DNA of 64,000 nt, taken from Alphaproteobacteria bacterium (GTDB lineage: Bacteria; Pseudomonadota; Alphaproteobacteria; RF32; CAG-239). A model generated the notes under the pieces. The model was not told the DNA's origin. It saw nothing but the letters and a program-made list of their open reading frames with translations, and searched no databases. How positions within the stretch are numbered: the first letter of the stretch is position 1; each line of letters opens with the position of its first letter. The stretch lies in assembly GCA_045611785.1 (NCBI GenBank), contig JAZKXV010000026.1, positions 20,382 to 84,381 on the forward strand. The letters are read 5' to 3'. Of this stretch, positions 61,521 to 64,000 are shown piece after piece. The position numbers were made by a program, and so were the translations under genes.

Positions 61521-62264
61521 CTATTCCCGCTCTTTTGTTGTTTCTGGAATATAACAATTTTCTTTTTCATTAAATACCGAATCTGCAATATCTGGAAATT
61601 GCTGTTGAACGAATGATTTCATTTTTTCCATATCTTCGCCTTGATTAGCAAATGATTTTACTAATTTACTCAAAATAATCTTATGTTTATCATGATTCTC
61701 AAAATGATAATACGATCCACCGTTAAACAAAGTTACTGCAGATTCACAAAAAGCATATTCACGCCTATTATTTGATTTGCTCTTTCCTATATCTATAAAA
61801 GAAATACATTCTGGAGTATAAAAAAAGTTAGAAGATTTTGATGGGTCAATTTGTAAACCACTTTCACAAATTTTTATCCAATCAGAAACAAACTTATCGA
61901 AAAACTCTTGTGGTCTTGTTGAAAGTTCATCAATTCTACTATAATATTCTTCTTCAGATTGTCTAAAATATGGTTCTTTATAAAGCTCTTCACCTTTTGC
62001 TCTTCTTTGTAAAACATAGCCCAAAAACATATTTTGATAATCTGTTAAATCTTTAGTTTTGCTATATTCAATAGTTGGTACTACAGCTACACCTTCAGCA
62101 CTTAATTGCTTGGTTTTAGCAATTATAAAATCTAATTCAGAAGAATTAAAAGCTCCTTTAAGTAAAGCATATTGTCCAAATAAGTAACAACTATGGTTTC
62201 CTCCTCGCCTGTCCTCTTTTGTATCTGGTTGAATTTGAGATATAAAACTATCAATTAGTGACAT
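61521..62264 (-). CDS. Protein kinase-like (ELK/APH fold) hypothetical
   Basis: ALLK, VLQRRAKGEEL hinge, IDPSKSSNFFY catalytic loop, FIDIG. Confidence 0.55.
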   Translation of the reverse strand: MSLIDSFISQIQPDTKEDRRGGNHSCYLFGQYALLKGAFNSSELDFIIAKTKQLSAEGVAVVPTIEYSKTKDLTDYQNMFLGYVLQRRAKGEELYKEPYFRQSEEEYYSRIDELSTRPQEFFDKFVSDWIKICESGLQIDPSKSSNFFYTPECISFIDIGKSKSNNRREYAFCESAVTLFNGGSYYHFENHDKHKIILSKLVKSFANQGEDMEKMKSFVQQQFPDIADSVFNEKENCYIPETTKERE

Positions 62265-62349
62265 ATATATTCCCTCCTATTTAAAAATTAATCCGACATT
62301 TAAAAAATGTCAAATAAAAAAGCGAGAGCTAAAACTCTCGCTTTTTTAA

Positions 62350-62691
62350 TTAATGTGTAAAGAGCATCGATACAACAAATGCCACCAAAGCTAGTAAGAC
62401 GATTACAACAAAAGTTATTACTCCATCATAATCTGATCTAAACTCAAACACATCTTGATTAGATTTTTGCAAGTAAAGACCTAACTTCTTATATTTATGC
62501 ATAGTTTTTAGCATATCTTCATACACCACTATGTTAGAAAGAAGTCCATCAAGTTTTTCCAAAAATCTTAATAGCTCATATCCTTCATAGCAACATACAA
62601 TTTCGCTTAAACAAGCACGCATTTCATCTTGATCTTCAGGCTTAAAATACTGACAAATTTTAACCTGAAGATTTTTAATCTCCTTATCCAT
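62350..62691 (-). CDS. Hypothetical protein with C-terminal TM
   Basis: 113-aa ORF, terminator downstream. Confidence 0.6.
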   Translation of the reverse strand: MDKEIKNLQVKICQYFKPEDQDEMRACLSEIVCCYEGYELLRFLEKLDGLLSNIVVYEDMLKTMHKYKKLGLYLQKSNQDVFEFRSDYDGVITFVVIVLLALVAFVVSMLFTH

Positions 62692-62697
62692 ACTTTT

Positions 62698-63117
62698 TTA
62701 ATCTGTTAGTTTAAGTAGCTTAAAATCATCATCATAGAGAACAGTTCCACCATCATCTAGATATGGTTGATAGTTACCCATCACTGTCTGAACAATGTAC
62801 TTATAACCATTAGCTTCCATATTAAACAGAAGGGTTGGTTCATCCATCTTAGCAATATCATCGTGCGTAAAAACTTTTTTAGCAATCAAATGATATACAA
62901 TTGGTTTTGACTTACATTTTTCTGGCCTGTAACGTTTACCTTTATAAATTATGTACTCATGCTCAGTAAAGTAAAAACCATAAAAGCGATGCTTTTGAAA
63001 CTTTTCTTTTGCTGTTTCAATGCCTTCTGCTATACTTTTTACTACAAAAGCCTCTTCTTCAGGAAAAAAAGCTCCTAGATAAAGCAGGTTCAATCTAATT
63101 TCTTTAAATACTTTCAT
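62698..63117 (-). CDS. Phage-like hypothetical protein
   Basis: YGFYF..., LLFNMEANG...VQT.MGNYQP pattern recalled from phage hypotheticals (not database-verified). Confidence 0.6.
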   Translation of the reverse strand: MKVFKEIRLNLLYLGAFFPEEEAFVVKSIAEGIETAKEKFQKHRFYGFYFTEHEYIIYKGKRYRPEKCKSKPIVYHLIAKKVFTHDDIAKMDEPTLLFNMEANGYKYIVQTVMGNYQPYLDDGGTVLYDDDFKLLKLTD

Positions 63118-63159
63118 AATTAATAATTTTAAAGTTTTTGCATTGCTATTAAAAACACT

Positions 63160-63999
63160 TTACTCCCAATGATTTATAATAAAATCAAGTATTTCATCCC
63201 ATACTTCTTGCTTGCCGATTTCATTTAGAACCTCGTGTCGCATATTTGGATATATTGAGGACCATACTTTTTCATAACCAATTTTATTCATAAACTTGGT
63301 TGTCTCTCGAAATTTTATTTTAGAAATCATACAAGGATCATTAGCTCCTGAAATAAACAATATAGGCATTGTTGGATGAGTAACATTCCAACCTTTGAGG
63401 CTGTAAGTTTCTTCCATCATCTTCATCAGATTATATGCACCATTTATTGTAAATCTAAAATTGCACCGAGGATTTTCTCTTACTCTTTTTCGACTTTCAG
63501 GATCGGAACAAGTCCATGCTAGAGGTCCCTCTGAGGCAAATTTTTTATTATAGGATACAGATGTAAGCTTATGAAAAAACTTAGGACGTTTACGCTCAAA
63601 ACCAAGTTTACAAAGCATTCCCATCAAAATTTTTCCACCAATAGACAATAGATTCCAACTAGGACTTCCACACAGTATCACCCCAGATAAATCCATGTCA
63701 TCTTGCTTAATATACATTCTTGCCGCCAACGAACCCATACTGTGACCAAGAAGATAGTACGGAAGATTAGGAAATTCTTTTCGTCCCCACTTAGTTACAA
63801 TCCTTAAATCATCAATTAGGGCTTTATACCCTCCTGAATAGAAATAACCAAGATCGTTAATATCCTTAACACTTTCTCCATGCCCTCTAAGATCTGAGGC
63901 AATACAGACAATACCATAATTTGAAAAAAACTCCATCAATGGTATAAAGCGTTCTTTACATCCACACATACCATGTACAAGTTGAATAACAGCTTTGGG
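63160..63999 (-). CDS. Alpha/beta hydrolase (lysophospholipase/monoacylglycerol lipase-like), N-terminus beyond window
   Basis: Frame open to the window edge (PKAVIQLVHGM), DLRGHG, LGHSMG, MRHEVLNE. Confidence 0.9.
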   Translation of the reverse strand, partial: PKAVIQLVHGMCGCKERFIPLMEFFSNYGIVCIASDLRGHGESVKDINDLGYFYSGGYKALIDDLRIVTKWGRKEFPNLPYYLLGHSMGSLAARMYIKQDDMDLSGVILCGSPSWNLLSIGGKILMGMLCKLGFERKRPKFFHKLTSVSYNKKFASEGPLAWTCSDPESRKRVRENPRCNFRFTINGAYNLMKMMEETYSLKGWNVTHPTMPILFISGANDPCMISKIKFRETTKFMNKIGYEKVWSSIYPNMRHEVLNEIGKQEVWDEILDFIINHWE

Positions 64000-64000
64000 T

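Noticed and set aside
1538-61588. Short ORF-track entries overlapping established genes or RNA elements (e.g. 1538-1768, 2541-2756, 5959-6252, 10831-11268, 14553-14945, 29071-29457, 32568-33071, 55231-55530)
   Set aside because: Shadow frames of well-supported genes, with no motifs or SD.
1-64000. Prophage or autonomous mobile element
   Set aside because: No integrase, transposase, terminase, capsid, tail or replication gene; phage-like ORFs are isolated singletons.

Overview
AT-rich (roughly 30% GC by eye) bacterial chromosome segment. It is probably from a small-genome, fermentative, host-associated alphaproteobacterium; this is inferred from the nuoN-birA-rnj and acpP-fabF synteny, LDH and glycogen genes. 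Housekeeping content: a stand-alone trpB with a Trp-Trp leader peptide, glgB-glgX-malQ, rnhA, ppa, nfo, rnj, birA, acpP-fabF, ldh, tRNA-Pro(CGG) and tRNA-Lys(TTT). These genes are interleaved with many individually promoted and terminated ORFans, several phage-like and lacking a Shine-Dalgarno (SD) sequence. No integrase, transposase, reverse transcriptase, cas gene or CRISPR array was seen. The most striking unexplained structure is a tandem array of gene cassettes at 25.1-28.6 kb anchored on the 3' end of tRNA-Pro. It has a shared promoter/leader module, shared terminators, three extra copies of the tRNA 3' end and two 132-bp palindromic tRNA-derived elements, while the cargo genes differ. 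Other candidates: an isolated NuoL/M/N trio that appears to have lost most proton-pumping charged residues, a coupled PnuC-like/nucleoside deoxyribosyltransferase-like/radical SAM trio, a densely structured ~450-nt non-coding region at 41 kb, and an amidoligase-amidohydrolase pair. All family calls come from motif recognition by eye; no database searches were run.
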